Position numbers and translations under genes: made by a program. Shown in pieces: positions 9,191 through 17,980 of a DNA stretch of 64,000 nt. Each line of letters begins with the position of its first letter. Positions within the stretch are counted from its first letter, which is position 1. The notes beneath the pieces were generated by a model, which saw only the letters and a list, made by a program, of their open reading frames with translations, was not told the DNA's origin and made no database searches. Source of the stretch: an uncultured bacterium (GTDB lineage Bacteria > Zixibacteria > MSB-5A5 > GN15 > FEB-12); assembly GCA_965372795.1 (NCBI GenBank), contig CBDVDR010000003.1, positions 178,265 to 242,264 of the forward strand, read 5' to 3'.

Positions 9191-10549
9191 ATGGGAAACA
9201 AAATTCTAATAAAATCGACATCCGGTGTCAGGGGTATTATCGGAAACGGACTTGACCCTCAAATAGTAGTTTGCTATGGAGCTGCTTTTGGGACCTTTCT
9301 CAAAAAGGGTAAAGTAGTAGTTGGGCGCGACAGCCGGCCATCGGGTGAGATGATCAAAAATGCTGTTATTGCTGGCTTGATGTCGGCCGGTATAGATGTC
9401 ATTGATCTTGGTGTAGTGCCAACCCCAACCGTTGAAATTGCCGTTAAAGGATTAAAAGCCAGGGGCGGGATTTGTGTTACTGCCTCACATAATCCATCCG
9501 AATGGAATGCCTTGAAATTTTTTAACGCTGCCGGTGAATTTATAACCCCCGCAGAATATAAAAAACTCAATAAAATTTATGAGAGTGAAAAGTACGCTTA
9601 TCAACCGGTTTCAAAACTTGGTAAAATTTCTTATCAGAATCATTGGGTTGATGAACATATTAAAAAAGTTTTAAAGATAAAAACTATTAGACCGGCTTTG
9701 ATAAAACGGAGAAAATTTAAAGTTGTCGTGGATGCTATCAACAGTGCCGGATCGGTAGCCCTGCCGGAAATGCTTGAAAAACTGGGCGCCAAAGTTATTA
9801 GAATAAATTGCGATGGCTCCGGTAAATTTGTTCATGGCGCTGAACCGATAGCAAAAAATTTGACCCAGCTATGCAAAGCTGTAAAAAAACATAAAGCCGA
9901 TTTAGGCATGGCGTGTGACCCGGATGCTGATAGATTAGCATTGGTTGATGAAAATGGAAATGCAATAGGGGAAGAATTGACCCTGACTATCGCCGTCAAA
10001 CAAGTCCTTAAGAAAAGCCGTAGAAATGTTGTAATCAATCTTTCGACATCAAATGTTACGGCTGATATTGTCCGTGAAGCAAAAGCCAAACTGATCTATT
10101 CAAAAGTCGGTGAAGCGAATGTTGTCCAAATGATGCATAAGAAAAAAGCTATAATAGGCGGAGAAGGAAACGGCGGAGTAATCTATCCGGAATGTCATGC
10201 CGGTAGAGATTCGCTGGTTGGTGCCGCATTAGTGCTTGGCTGTCTGGCCGAAGAAAAAATTTCCCTCACAAAATTGGTTGAAACCTTTCCTGTTTATTAC
10301 AATATAAAGACCAAAGCAAAACTTCCGGCAAGTTTTCAAAATAAAATTAAAAGAATTGAAAAAGATGCTGTTCATCTTTTTGGAAAAACAAAAATTGACA
10401 GACGTGATGGCTTACGTTTTGATTTCGATCAAGGCTGGCTTCAGATAAGAACTTCAAATACCGAACCGATTTATCGACTGATTGTTGAAACATCTGATAA
10501 AAATCTCACGAATCGTCTGTTAAAAAAAGTTCATAACTTTTTAAAATAA
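9191..10549 (+). CDS. glmM: Phosphoglucosamine mutase / alpha-D-phosphohexomutase
   Basis: TASHNP, DPDADR, GGEGNGG; adjacent to glmS. Confidence 0.85.
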   Translation: MGNKILIKSTSGVRGIIGNGLDPQIVVCYGAAFGTFLKKGKVVVGRDSRPSGEMIKNAVIAGLMSAGIDVIDLGVVPTPTVEIAVKGLKARGGICVTASHNPSEWNALKFFNAAGEFITPAEYKKLNKIYESEKYAYQPVSKLGKISYQNHWVDEHIKKVLKIKTIRPALIKRRKFKVVVDAINSAGSVALPEMLEKLGAKVIRINCDGSGKFVHGAEPIAKNLTQLCKAVKKHKADLGMACDPDADRLALVDENGNAIGEELTLTIAVKQVLKKSRRNVVINLSTSNVTADIVREAKAKLIYSKVGEANVVQMMHKKKAIIGGEGNGGVIYPECHAGRDSLVGAALVLGCLAEEKISLTKLVETFPVYYNIKTKAKLPASFQNKIKRIEKDAVHLFGKTKIDRRDGLRFDFDQGWLQIRTSNTEPIYRLIVETSDKNLTNRLLKKVHNFLK

Positions 10550-10563
10550 CGGTTGGATTAATT

Positions 10564-12393
10564 ATGTGTGGAATAGTTGGATATGTAGGACACAAACAAG
10601 CAATACCTATTTTAATGAGCGGTCTAAAAAGACTTGAGTATCGCGGGTATGATTCCTCAGGAATCGCATTGCTTTCCAAAGATAGTTTAATGGTCGCAAA
10701 AACTGCCGGCAAAATTGTTCGGCTTGAAGAAGCTATCAAAGATATTGAACAAAATTGTTGTTATCACGGTATCGCTCATACCAGATGGGCTACTCATGGC
10801 GAACCGACAACGCTGAATGCGCACCCTCATACTGATAATAAAGAAGAGATCGCACTGGTGCATAATGGTATCATTGAAAATTACAGAGCCTTGAGTCAAT
10901 TTCTCAAAGGACAGGGTTTCGTAATTAATACTGACACCGACACTGAAATTCTTGTCCACCTGATTCGCTTTAATTACAAAGGCAATCTTACCGATGCGGT
11001 CAGAAGAGCCTTAACTCAAGTTGAAGGGACCTATGGCATAGCGGTTATCTCTTCGCTTCATCCGGGCGTCATTGTTGCCTCAAGGATGGGTTCACCACTG
11101 GTTATTGGACAGGGTGACAAAGAAAATTTTGTTGCTTCCGATGTGTCTGCGATGCTTGAGCACACCAACAAGGTTGTTTATCTCGATGATGGAGAAATCG
11201 CAACGGTCACTGCCGATAGTTTTAGTATCACAACCATTCGCAATGAACAGATTGAACCGCAGGTTCAGGAAATTACCTGGAAACTTGATGAAATCGAAAA
11301 AGCCGGCTACGAACATTTTATGCTCAAAGAGATTCATGAACAACCGATTACTCTTCGCAATGCTTTTCGGGGTCGCTTAAATTTTGAAGATGGTATAACC
11401 CGCCTCGATGGTCTTAATCTCCAATATGAAGAACTACGAAAAATTAAACGTATTCTCTTTACCGCCTGCGGAACTTCATGGCATGCTGCTCTTATAGGAG
11501 AATACCTTATTGAAGAACTGGCTCGAATTCCGGTTGAAGTGGAATATGCTTCCGAGTTTCGATATCGCTCACCGATAATTGATGACCAAACAATTCTTTA
11601 CGCTATTAGTCAATCCGGTGAAACAGCCGATACTCTGGCTGCTATGCGGGAAGCAAAAAACCATGGTGCAACTTCGTTGGGTCTGGTTAATGTTGTCGGG
11701 TCAACCATTGCTCGTGAATCCGATGGCGGAGTTTATATTCATGCCGGTCCTGAAATCGGAGTCGCCTCAACCAAAGCCTTTACCTCCCAGGTCATGGTTC
11801 TTTCACTGGTTGCTACTTTGTTAGGAAGGATGCGTCAGCTTTCGGTTCCACAAGGTCGGGAATTAATTCAACATATTGAAAAAATTCCGGATCAAGTCGA
11901 GTCTATTCTGCAACGTGGAAAACAGATCGAAAAAATTGCCGAGCAATATTATAAATCGAATAACTTCCTATATCTTGGACGGGGAATCAATTTCCCGGTT
12001 GCCCTTGAAGGCGCCTTGAAACTTAAAGAGATTTCATATATCCATGCCGAAGGGTATCCGGCGGCAGAGATGAAACATGGTCCCATCGCTTTGATCGATG
12101 AAAACATGCCGGTCGTTGTAATAGCGTTAAAAGATCCTGTCTATGATAAAGTGATGTCAAACATTGCTGAAGTTCGCGCCAGAAATGGACGCGTGATTGC
12201 AATCGCCACCGAAGGTGATACTGAAATTGCCGAACGGGTGAACGATGTCATTTATATCCCACAAACCTCTCGATTACTGACACCATTGCTTTCGATAATC
12301 CCGCTTCAACTTTTGGCTTATTATATCGCGGTGATGCGAGGCTGTAACGTTGACCAACCTCGTAATCTGGCAAAATCAGTTACGGTCGAATAA
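10564..12393 (+). CDS. glmS: Glutamine--fructose-6-phosphate transaminase
   Basis: MCGIVG, HTRWATHG, PRNLAKSVTVE. Confidence 0.98.
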   Translation: MCGIVGYVGHKQAIPILMSGLKRLEYRGYDSSGIALLSKDSLMVAKTAGKIVRLEEAIKDIEQNCCYHGIAHTRWATHGEPTTLNAHPHTDNKEEIALVHNGIIENYRALSQFLKGQGFVINTDTDTEILVHLIRFNYKGNLTDAVRRALTQVEGTYGIAVISSLHPGVIVASRMGSPLVIGQGDKENFVASDVSAMLEHTNKVVYLDDGEIATVTADSFSITTIRNEQIEPQVQEITWKLDEIEKAGYEHFMLKEIHEQPITLRNAFRGRLNFEDGITRLDGLNLQYEELRKIKRILFTACGTSWHAALIGEYLIEELARIPVEVEYASEFRYRSPIIDDQTILYAISQSGETADTLAAMREAKNHGATSLGLVNVVGSTIARESDGGVYIHAGPEIGVASTKAFTSQVMVLSLVATLLGRMRQLSVPQGRELIQHIEKIPDQVESILQRGKQIEKIAEQYYKSNNFLYLGRGINFPVALEGALKLKEISYIHAEGYPAAEMKHGPIALIDENMPVVVIALKDPVYDKVMSNIAEVRARNGRVIAIATEGDTEIAERVNDVIYIPQTSRLLTPLLSIIPLQLLAYYIAVMRGCNVDQPRNLAKSVTVE

Positions 12394-12441
12394 GTGGCAA
12401 AGCCACTTTAAATTTTTTATAAGTTATTTATTTTATCGTAG

Positions 12442-12476
12442 CTTAGGTCTCTCTTCTCTTGGAGACCTGAGTTTTT
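12442..12476 (+). terminator. Terminator after glmS
   Basis: CTTAGGTCTC...GAGACCTGAG followed by TTTTT. Confidence 0.65.
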
Positions 12477-12486
12477 CAAATTGCTT

Positions 12487-12684
12487 TGCCAGCTAGCCTT
12501 GATCGTATTAAAGTAAATGAAATTATTCTACAAGACTCATGCTTAATCTACTTTTGATTTATATAAAACTGGCTATGCCAGCTAACCTTGATCGTATTAA
12601 AATAAATTTTAGTTTGGTTAAACTTGTTAATCCTAATCTACTTTTAATTTATATAAAACTGGCTATGCCAGCTAGCCTTGATCG
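12487..12684. repeat. Direct repeat array with 89-90 bp period: about 64 bp conserved, 25-26 bp variable
   Basis: TGCCAGCTA(G/A)CCTTGATCG at 12487, 12576 and 12666; TAATCTACTTTT(G/A)ATTTATATAAAACTGGCTA at 12544 and 12634. Confidence 0.9.
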
Positions 12685-13877
12685 ACTTTTGGTAAATCCA
12701 GTTCCAGCTCTTTATCAATCCGATGTCCCAATACATAATCGGCTTGCATAATCGTATGAATTTCGCGAGTCCCTTCATAAATAGAAGCACCTTTACAATT
12801 TCTATAAAACCGTTCAACCGGATACTCATCAGAAAAACCATAAGCGCCATGAACCTGAACCGCGTTAGCCGCAGCTTCTTCAGCCTCTTTGCATGCGATC
12901 CATTTTGCCATCGAAGTCGCTTTAGTTGAACGCCTACCCTGATTTTTCAACCATCCTGCCTTCATCCATAAATAGGTCGAATATTCATAGCCCGCTTCCA
13001 TTTTGGCAATCATTTGCTTGACCAGTTGATGGTCCCCGATTGGGTGTCCAAATGTTTGGCGCTCTTTAGCATATTTAGCTGAAGCATCCCGGCAGGCTTT
13101 TATCAAACCGCATGATCCGGCGGCAACAGTATAGCGTCCCTGATCCAAACAGAACATGGCAATCTTAAATCCGGCGCCTTCTTTGTAAACCAGATTTTCT
13201 TTTGGTACTTTTACATCCTGAAAAGAAATAAATCCGGTACTGCCGGCACGAACCCCGAGTTTCCCGTGAAGAGATCCGGTTGTTATTCCATCATATTCTC
13301 TTTCAACGATAAACGCCGATAACCCGCTATGGTCGCGGTTTTTCTTTTTATCCAAATCAGTCCAGGCAAAAACCAAAAAGAGATCAGCCATATCAGCTAA
13401 AGAAATCCACATCTTCTCGCCGTTCAAAATATAATTATCGCCATCATTCACAGCCGTAGTCTGAATCCCAACCGCATCAGAACCCGCTGCCGGTTCGGTC
13501 AAACCGAAAGTTGCCAGTTTTTCACCTTTGGCTGCCGGAATCAGATATTTCTGTTTTTGTTCTTCATTTCCCCAGGTTAGAATCGGCAGGGAGAAAAGCC
13601 CGATATGAACTGACAAAATCACTCGTGCCCCGGTATCGCCATATTCCATTTCTTCTGATGCCAAACCAAGCGAGATATAATCGGTGCCCAGTCCGCCATA
13701 TTGTTCAGGAATACAAAACCCGAGCATATTCGCCTCTTTCATTGCCGGAATCAGTTTCGGATTAGCTTTCTGTTCCTGATCGTATTTTTGGATATCCGGA
13801 ATAATTACTTTACTGGCGATCTCACGGGCAATATCCCGAACCATCAACTGGGTTTCGGTAAACTTAAAATCTATCAT
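12672..13877 (-). CDS. Acyl-CoA dehydrogenase
   Basis: FGLTEPAAGSD, GEKMWIS, QVHGAYGF, IYEGTREI. Confidence 0.95.
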   Translation of the reverse strand: MIDFKFTETQLMVRDIAREIASKVIIPDIQKYDQEQKANPKLIPAMKEANMLGFCIPEQYGGLGTDYISLGLASEEMEYGDTGARVILSVHIGLFSLPILTWGNEEQKQKYLIPAAKGEKLATFGLTEPAAGSDAVGIQTTAVNDGDNYILNGEKMWISLADMADLFLVFAWTDLDKKKNRDHSGLSAFIVEREYDGITTGSLHGKLGVRAGSTGFISFQDVKVPKENLVYKEGAGFKIAMFCLDQGRYTVAAGSCGLIKACRDASAKYAKERQTFGHPIGDHQLVKQMIAKMEAGYEYSTYLWMKAGWLKNQGRRSTKATSMAKWIACKEAEEAAANAVQVHGAYGFSDEYPVERFYRNCKGASIYEGTREIHTIMQADYVLGHRIDKELELDLPKVDQG

Positions 13878-14030
13878 ATACTTTTCAACTCCTCTTTTAA
13901 TCTATGTTTTCGGTATATACTTTATTAATCGGTTTAAGTCAATTGGGTTCCGTCTAAATCGTTTTTGATACCATTTTTATCTTCTTATATAATTTCACCA
14001 TATTTCCTGATAATTGGGAAATCAAAAAAA

Positions 14031-14140
14031 ATAAACAGGTTAAACCTGTAAATCAGGTTTTGCCAATAAATCAGCCCGTGGCTAATAAATCAGACTATGC
14101 CAATAAATCAGGCTTCGCCTTATAAATCTGACTATGTCAG
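14031..14140. repeat. Tandem array of about six 18/19-bp units: TAAA(T)C(A/T)G plus a mini-hairpin
   Basis: TAAATC at 14049, 14067, 14086, 14104 and 14123; a degenerate unit at 14031. Confidence 0.85.
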
Positions 14141-14192
14141 TTGCGGGAGATTGGTTGGTTGATTATATTCAATCAAATTAAAGGAGTCCCAA

Positions 14193-14669
14193 TTGAATAA
14201 TCTGCCCCATGTCAAAGCTGATCTTGTCCCATATTCGGCGGAGTATTCCCGCTCGGTCCGGTCCTGGATAAATTCTCCGGAAATTCTCAAAACAGTTTGC
14301 CGTGGTACCGACTATCCACCTTCGGAAGAAATCATTGAAAGCTGGCAGAGAGAAGAAGTTAAATCGTATCTGATGTTTTCTGAAAACCATCCGGTTGCAT
14401 ACGCCGAGTTATGGATTAAGAAAATGGATTTAGCTATTGAAATCGCCCACTTGATTGTTGACCCGGCTAAACGCTCGCGCGGTTATGGTACCAAAATGGC
14501 AGAGCTGATGTTTCAACGGGCGGCTGAAATGAATAATGTTGCCAAAGTCCAGGTTAGCCTTTACGGTGAAAGTACCGAAGCTCTGGGTTGTTTTCTAAAA
14601 GCCGGTTTCGAAATTCTTGGAACCGCCACCTATACCACCGGACTAAAACTGGTTAAGGATGTAGAATAG
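14193..14669 (+). CDS. GNAT family N-acetyltransferase
   Basis: LIVDPAKRSRGYGTKM acetyl-CoA motif; AAGGAG RBS before TTG. Confidence 0.85.
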   Translation: MNNLPHVKADLVPYSAEYSRSVRSWINSPEILKTVCRGTDYPPSEEIIESWQREEVKSYLMFSENHPVAYAELWIKKMDLAIEIAHLIVDPAKRSRGYGTKMAELMFQRAAEMNNVAKVQVSLYGESTEALGCFLKAGFEILGTATYTTGLKLVKDVE

Positions 14670-14704
14670 TACTTGAAGTTATTTTATATATAGGAGAAAC
14701 GGAA

Positions 14705-15487
14705 GTGGAATACCAAAATCTATTAGTTGAACAGATGGAAGAAATTCTTCTCATCACTATAAATCGTGAACGGGCACTCAACGCTCTCAATAATGACACA
14801 ATTGATGAACTTCAAAAGCTGTTCAGTTTTTACTGGTCGGATAAATCTGTCAAATGCGTCATCATTACCGGCGGCGGTGAAAAAGCATTTGTTGCCGGAG
14901 CCGATATTTCCGAGTTAGCCGATCTCAATGTTCAAACCGGTGCCGAAACCATGGCGCGCGGTCAGTACCTGATGAAAACTATTCAAAATTTCCCCAAACC
15001 GGTTATTGCGGCGGTCAATGGTTTTGCCCTTGGCGGCGGATGCGAACTTGCCATGTCATGTGATTTCCGACTGGCTTCTGAAAAAGCAAAATTCGGTCAA
15101 CCGGAAGTCAACCTCGGCATCATCCCCGGTTACGGCGGTACCCAGCGTCTGCCTCGATTGGTCGGGCAGGGGAAAGCTTCCCAATTGATTTTCACCGGCG
15201 AAATAATCAGAGCCGACGAGGCTCATCGTATCGGACTGGTTGATGAAGTTTATCCGCCTGAAGAACTGATGGACAAAGCTATTGAAATGGCAAAACTGAT
15301 AGCTTCGAAAGCACCTCTGGCAATTGCGGCGGCAAAAGAATGTATCAACCGCGGACTGGATGTTCCTTTGACAGCCGGATGCGATCTTGAAAAAGCCAAC
15401 TTTGCGCAACTTTGCGGAACCGGTGATAAAAACGAAGGTATGGAAGCGTTTCTTGAGAAACGCAAAGCCGCCTTCACCGGCAATTGA
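14705..15487 (+). CDS. crt: Enoyl-CoA hydratase (crotonase)
   Basis: AFVAGADI, ALGGGCELA, PEVNLGIIPGYGGTQRL. Confidence 0.9.
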   Translation: MEYQNLLVEQMEEILLITINRERALNALNNDTIDELQKLFSFYWSDKSVKCVIITGGGEKAFVAGADISELADLNVQTGAETMARGQYLMKTIQNFPKPVIAAVNGFALGGGCELAMSCDFRLASEKAKFGQPEVNLGIIPGYGGTQRLPRLVGQGKASQLIFTGEIIRADEAHRIGLVDEVYPPEELMDKAIEMAKLIASKAPLAIAAAKECINRGLDVPLTAGCDLEKANFAQLCGTGDKNEGMEAFLEKRKAAFTGN

Positions 15488-15679
15488 CGCAGTCAATTTT
15501 TTCCTGACGTAGTTTGTAAATAATTCACACGAAGTGTGTCATCCCCGCGAAAGCGGGGATCCAGCAACACGGTTGCCTTTTTTCCTGACGAAGTTTTAAA
15601 ATTTTCCCCCGTAGGGCAGTCCGCCTTGGCGGACTGCCATTATTTGTATTGAGTAGGTCGAAACCCCTGCGGTTTCGAC
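15482..15679 (+). repeat. Cluster of REP-like palindromes
   Basis: GTCATCCCCGCGAAAGCGGGGATCCAG (15538-15564); GTAG-GGCAGTCCGCC-TT-GGCGGACTGCC (15611-15638); GTAG-GTCGAAACC-N5-GGTTTCGAC (15653-15679). Confidence 0.8.
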
Positions 15680-15723
15680 AATAATTTATCAGAATTAACT
15701 TATCAAATTGTATTTTATTGTTA

Positions 15724-16039
15724 CTTATTGTAGTATATATACTACAATAAGAGGCATATTAAGGGTATTATTATACCGTAAGTGATGTTTTATCAATAGG
15801 ATATATAGAATAATGGCATTATTAATATGGGTATAGTGTAGTATATATACTACACTATACCACTGTTAACATAAATCAATATATTATTACTTGTATAAGA
15901 TAATATATGTATATATACTACACATATTATGGTATAAGTACATAATTAACAGCGATAACGTTATGTGTAACAATATGATGAATATATATATTGTGATATT
16001 ATAGGTACTCATACGTAGTATATATACTACGTATGAGTA
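15724..16039. promoter_or_regulatory. Array of palindromes with core GTAGTATATATACTAC; putative antitoxin operators
   Basis: Perfect palindromes at 15724-15751 (28 bp), 15830-15861 (32 bp) and 16006-16039 (34 bp); degenerate copy at about 15900-15930. Confidence 0.75.
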
Positions 16040-16055
16040 GGAAGAAGTTATTATT

Positions 16056-16931
16056 ATGGGATTAACAAGAATTAAAATTGCACAAAAAGATATCCTCGCT
16101 CTATTTGAATCAATGAACCAAAATGTATACAAGAGATCTGAAATAGATAAAATCATTTCTGATAATCGAGAGTTCTGGAGACTCGCACATTCGACTTCTG
16201 TTAAATATTTCGTAGATTTTCTGATAAGCCTTGGTGTATTTAAAATATTTGAATTAAAATTTCCCCATAGAAAAGAAACGAGATATGTGTGGAAAGACGC
16301 GTCTGACTACGAGTTGATTCAAACGCTGAGACCTAATAGTTACTTCACGCATTTTACAGCTCTTTTTTTACATAACCTTACTTTGCAAATTCCAAAAACG
16401 GTTTATCTTAATTATGAGCAACCAAAAAAGAAAAATCAGGGTGGTGAATTGATTCAAGAACGGATTGCTAACGCTTTTCGAAATGCATGTAGAGTATCAA
16501 AAACTATTGCGAAATTTCAAGGTAAAAGAGTTTGTCTTTTGAATGGAAAATTTACAGATCAAAAGGGTGTTATTATTATAAAAGATGTTATTGAAAAAGA
16601 TATAAAAATTACAAATGTTGAGCGTACACTTATTGATTGTGTCGTTCGTCCGGTGTATGCAGGTGGTGTTTATAATGTACTTACTGCTTTCGAAAGAGCA
16701 AAAGATAAAGTTTCGATCAACAAACTTGCTGCTACGCTTACAGCAATCGGTCACGTATACCCATACCATCAAGCGATTGGTTTTTATCTTGAGCGATCGG
16801 GTGTATACACCGAAAATCAAATAGCACTAATTGATAGATTTGAAAAGAAGTTTGACTTCTATCTTGCTCATCAAATGAAACAGCAAAAGTACTCTAAACG
16901 TTGGCGATTATACTACCCTTCAGGGATGTAG
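16056..16931 (+). CDS. Type IV TA antitoxin, AbiEi-like transcriptional regulator
   Basis: YFTHFTALFLHNLT.QIPKTVY and ITNVERTLIDCVVRPVYAGG motifs typical of AbiEi-family C-terminal domains. Confidence 0.8.
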   Translation: MGLTRIKIAQKDILALFESMNQNVYKRSEIDKIISDNREFWRLAHSTSVKYFVDFLISLGVFKIFELKFPHRKETRYVWKDASDYELIQTLRPNSYFTHFTALFLHNLTLQIPKTVYLNYEQPKKKNQGGELIQERIANAFRNACRVSKTIAKFQGKRVCLLNGKFTDQKGVIIIKDVIEKDIKITNVERTLIDCVVRPVYAGGVYNVLTAFERAKDKVSINKLAATLTAIGHVYPYHQAIGFYLERSGVYTENQIALIDRFEKKFDFYLAHQMKQQKYSKRWRLYYPSGM

Positions 16932-17789
16932 TTTGTCACAGATGTCTACTACAAAATCAAAATAAAAGTCAAAATCATGGAGTACTATGTCAGGCTTAAC
17001 AGTATCTTTTACTGCAACAAAATCTTCTGAATGAAAATCACGATATTTTCTTAAGTTCTTCAAATAAGTAAGGGGGACCTTTTTTGCATCAAAAACTGCT
17101 TTGAGGAATTCCTTATTCTCTTTGCTTAAAAGATCAACATTACATGTATTTACAATTGTGTAGATATCAAAAAAATCTCGTGCTCGTGGAGATGCTGTCG
17201 TACTGGGTATGATTTCACGATATTCTTCCATCTGCTGACATATTGCCCTAAGCTTTTCGATAGCGATAAGCACTGGAGTGTATACTTTTACTATGTAACC
17301 ATCTACTTTAACCTCTTTCACCAACGGACAATACTCAAAGCGGGATATTTCTATTTTAAGCTTGGTGCTACTATTTTCTCCAACTGAGATAGCTTCTCTT
17401 CGTACTTTTTTAGGATCAGATATTATTTCCTCATAGCGATCAATTGAAATCAACTTGAATTCGATTTTATAACCGCCCCAAAAAGAATCGAGCTCGGGTT
17501 TTATTTTGTTTGGTCTTTTCTTTAAAGAAACATCAAAGACATGAAATCCTTGTTCTCTGAAGACAGAAGTAAGTAGGGTTTTGATTTTTCCTTCCAGTTC
17601 TGGAAGCTTTGTATCGTCAAAACTACCCTCAATTGAAAAATCCAAGTCAAAAGAAGCACGCTCAGCTATTTTGTGTATTAAGTCGAGGGCATTTCCTCCC
17701 TTGAGGATCAATTGCTCCATCAGTGTGTCATCTGATACAAGTGCTTTAATTGCAGTGGTTTTAATAGTATTTATGAAATCCATATCCAT
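16920..17789 (-). CDS. AbiEii/AbiGii-family nucleotidyltransferase toxin
   Basis: LKGGNAL...RASFDLDFS nucleotidyltransferase motif; EKLRA; RARDFFD. Confidence 0.9.
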   Translation of the reverse strand: MDMDFINTIKTTAIKALVSDDTLMEQLILKGGNALDLIHKIAERASFDLDFSIEGSFDDTKLPELEGKIKTLLTSVFREQGFHVFDVSLKKRPNKIKPELDSFWGGYKIEFKLISIDRYEEIISDPKKVRREAISVGENSSTKLKIEISRFEYCPLVKEVKVDGYIVKVYTPVLIAIEKLRAICQQMEEYREIIPSTTASPRARDFFDIYTIVNTCNVDLLSKENKEFLKAVFDAKKVPLTYLKNLRKYRDFHSEDFVAVKDTVKPDIVLHDFDFYFDFVVDICDKLHP

Positions 17790-17980
17790 GAGTAAAGTAT
17801 AGGAAAATAATTTCTATTACACCAGGACTTTGGCCAATGGAAAATCTTATCAATAAGATTTTGTACCATCCCAAATTTACTACCAAATCATTGATGATTA
17901 CTTTCTAGCGCACCTATATAAAAGGGAGCGGTGAGTTATGTCTGAAATTGCGACTGCAAAATCAAAAAATAAATCGAAAA

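Noticed and set aside
12539..12751. 70-aa ORF with an internal repeat
   Set aside because: It is a translation of the 90-bp DNA repeat, overlaps the acyl-CoA dehydrogenase gene antisense, and has no RBS.
15861..15895. dif site (minus-strand TTATGTTAAC resembles a XerD arm)
   Set aside because: No XerC arm at the required 6-bp spacing.
15887..16156. 89-aa hydrophobic minus-strand ORF as a type I toxin
   Set aside because: It is an I/Y-rich translation of the AT-rich palindrome region, overlaps the antitoxin start, and lacks an RBS.
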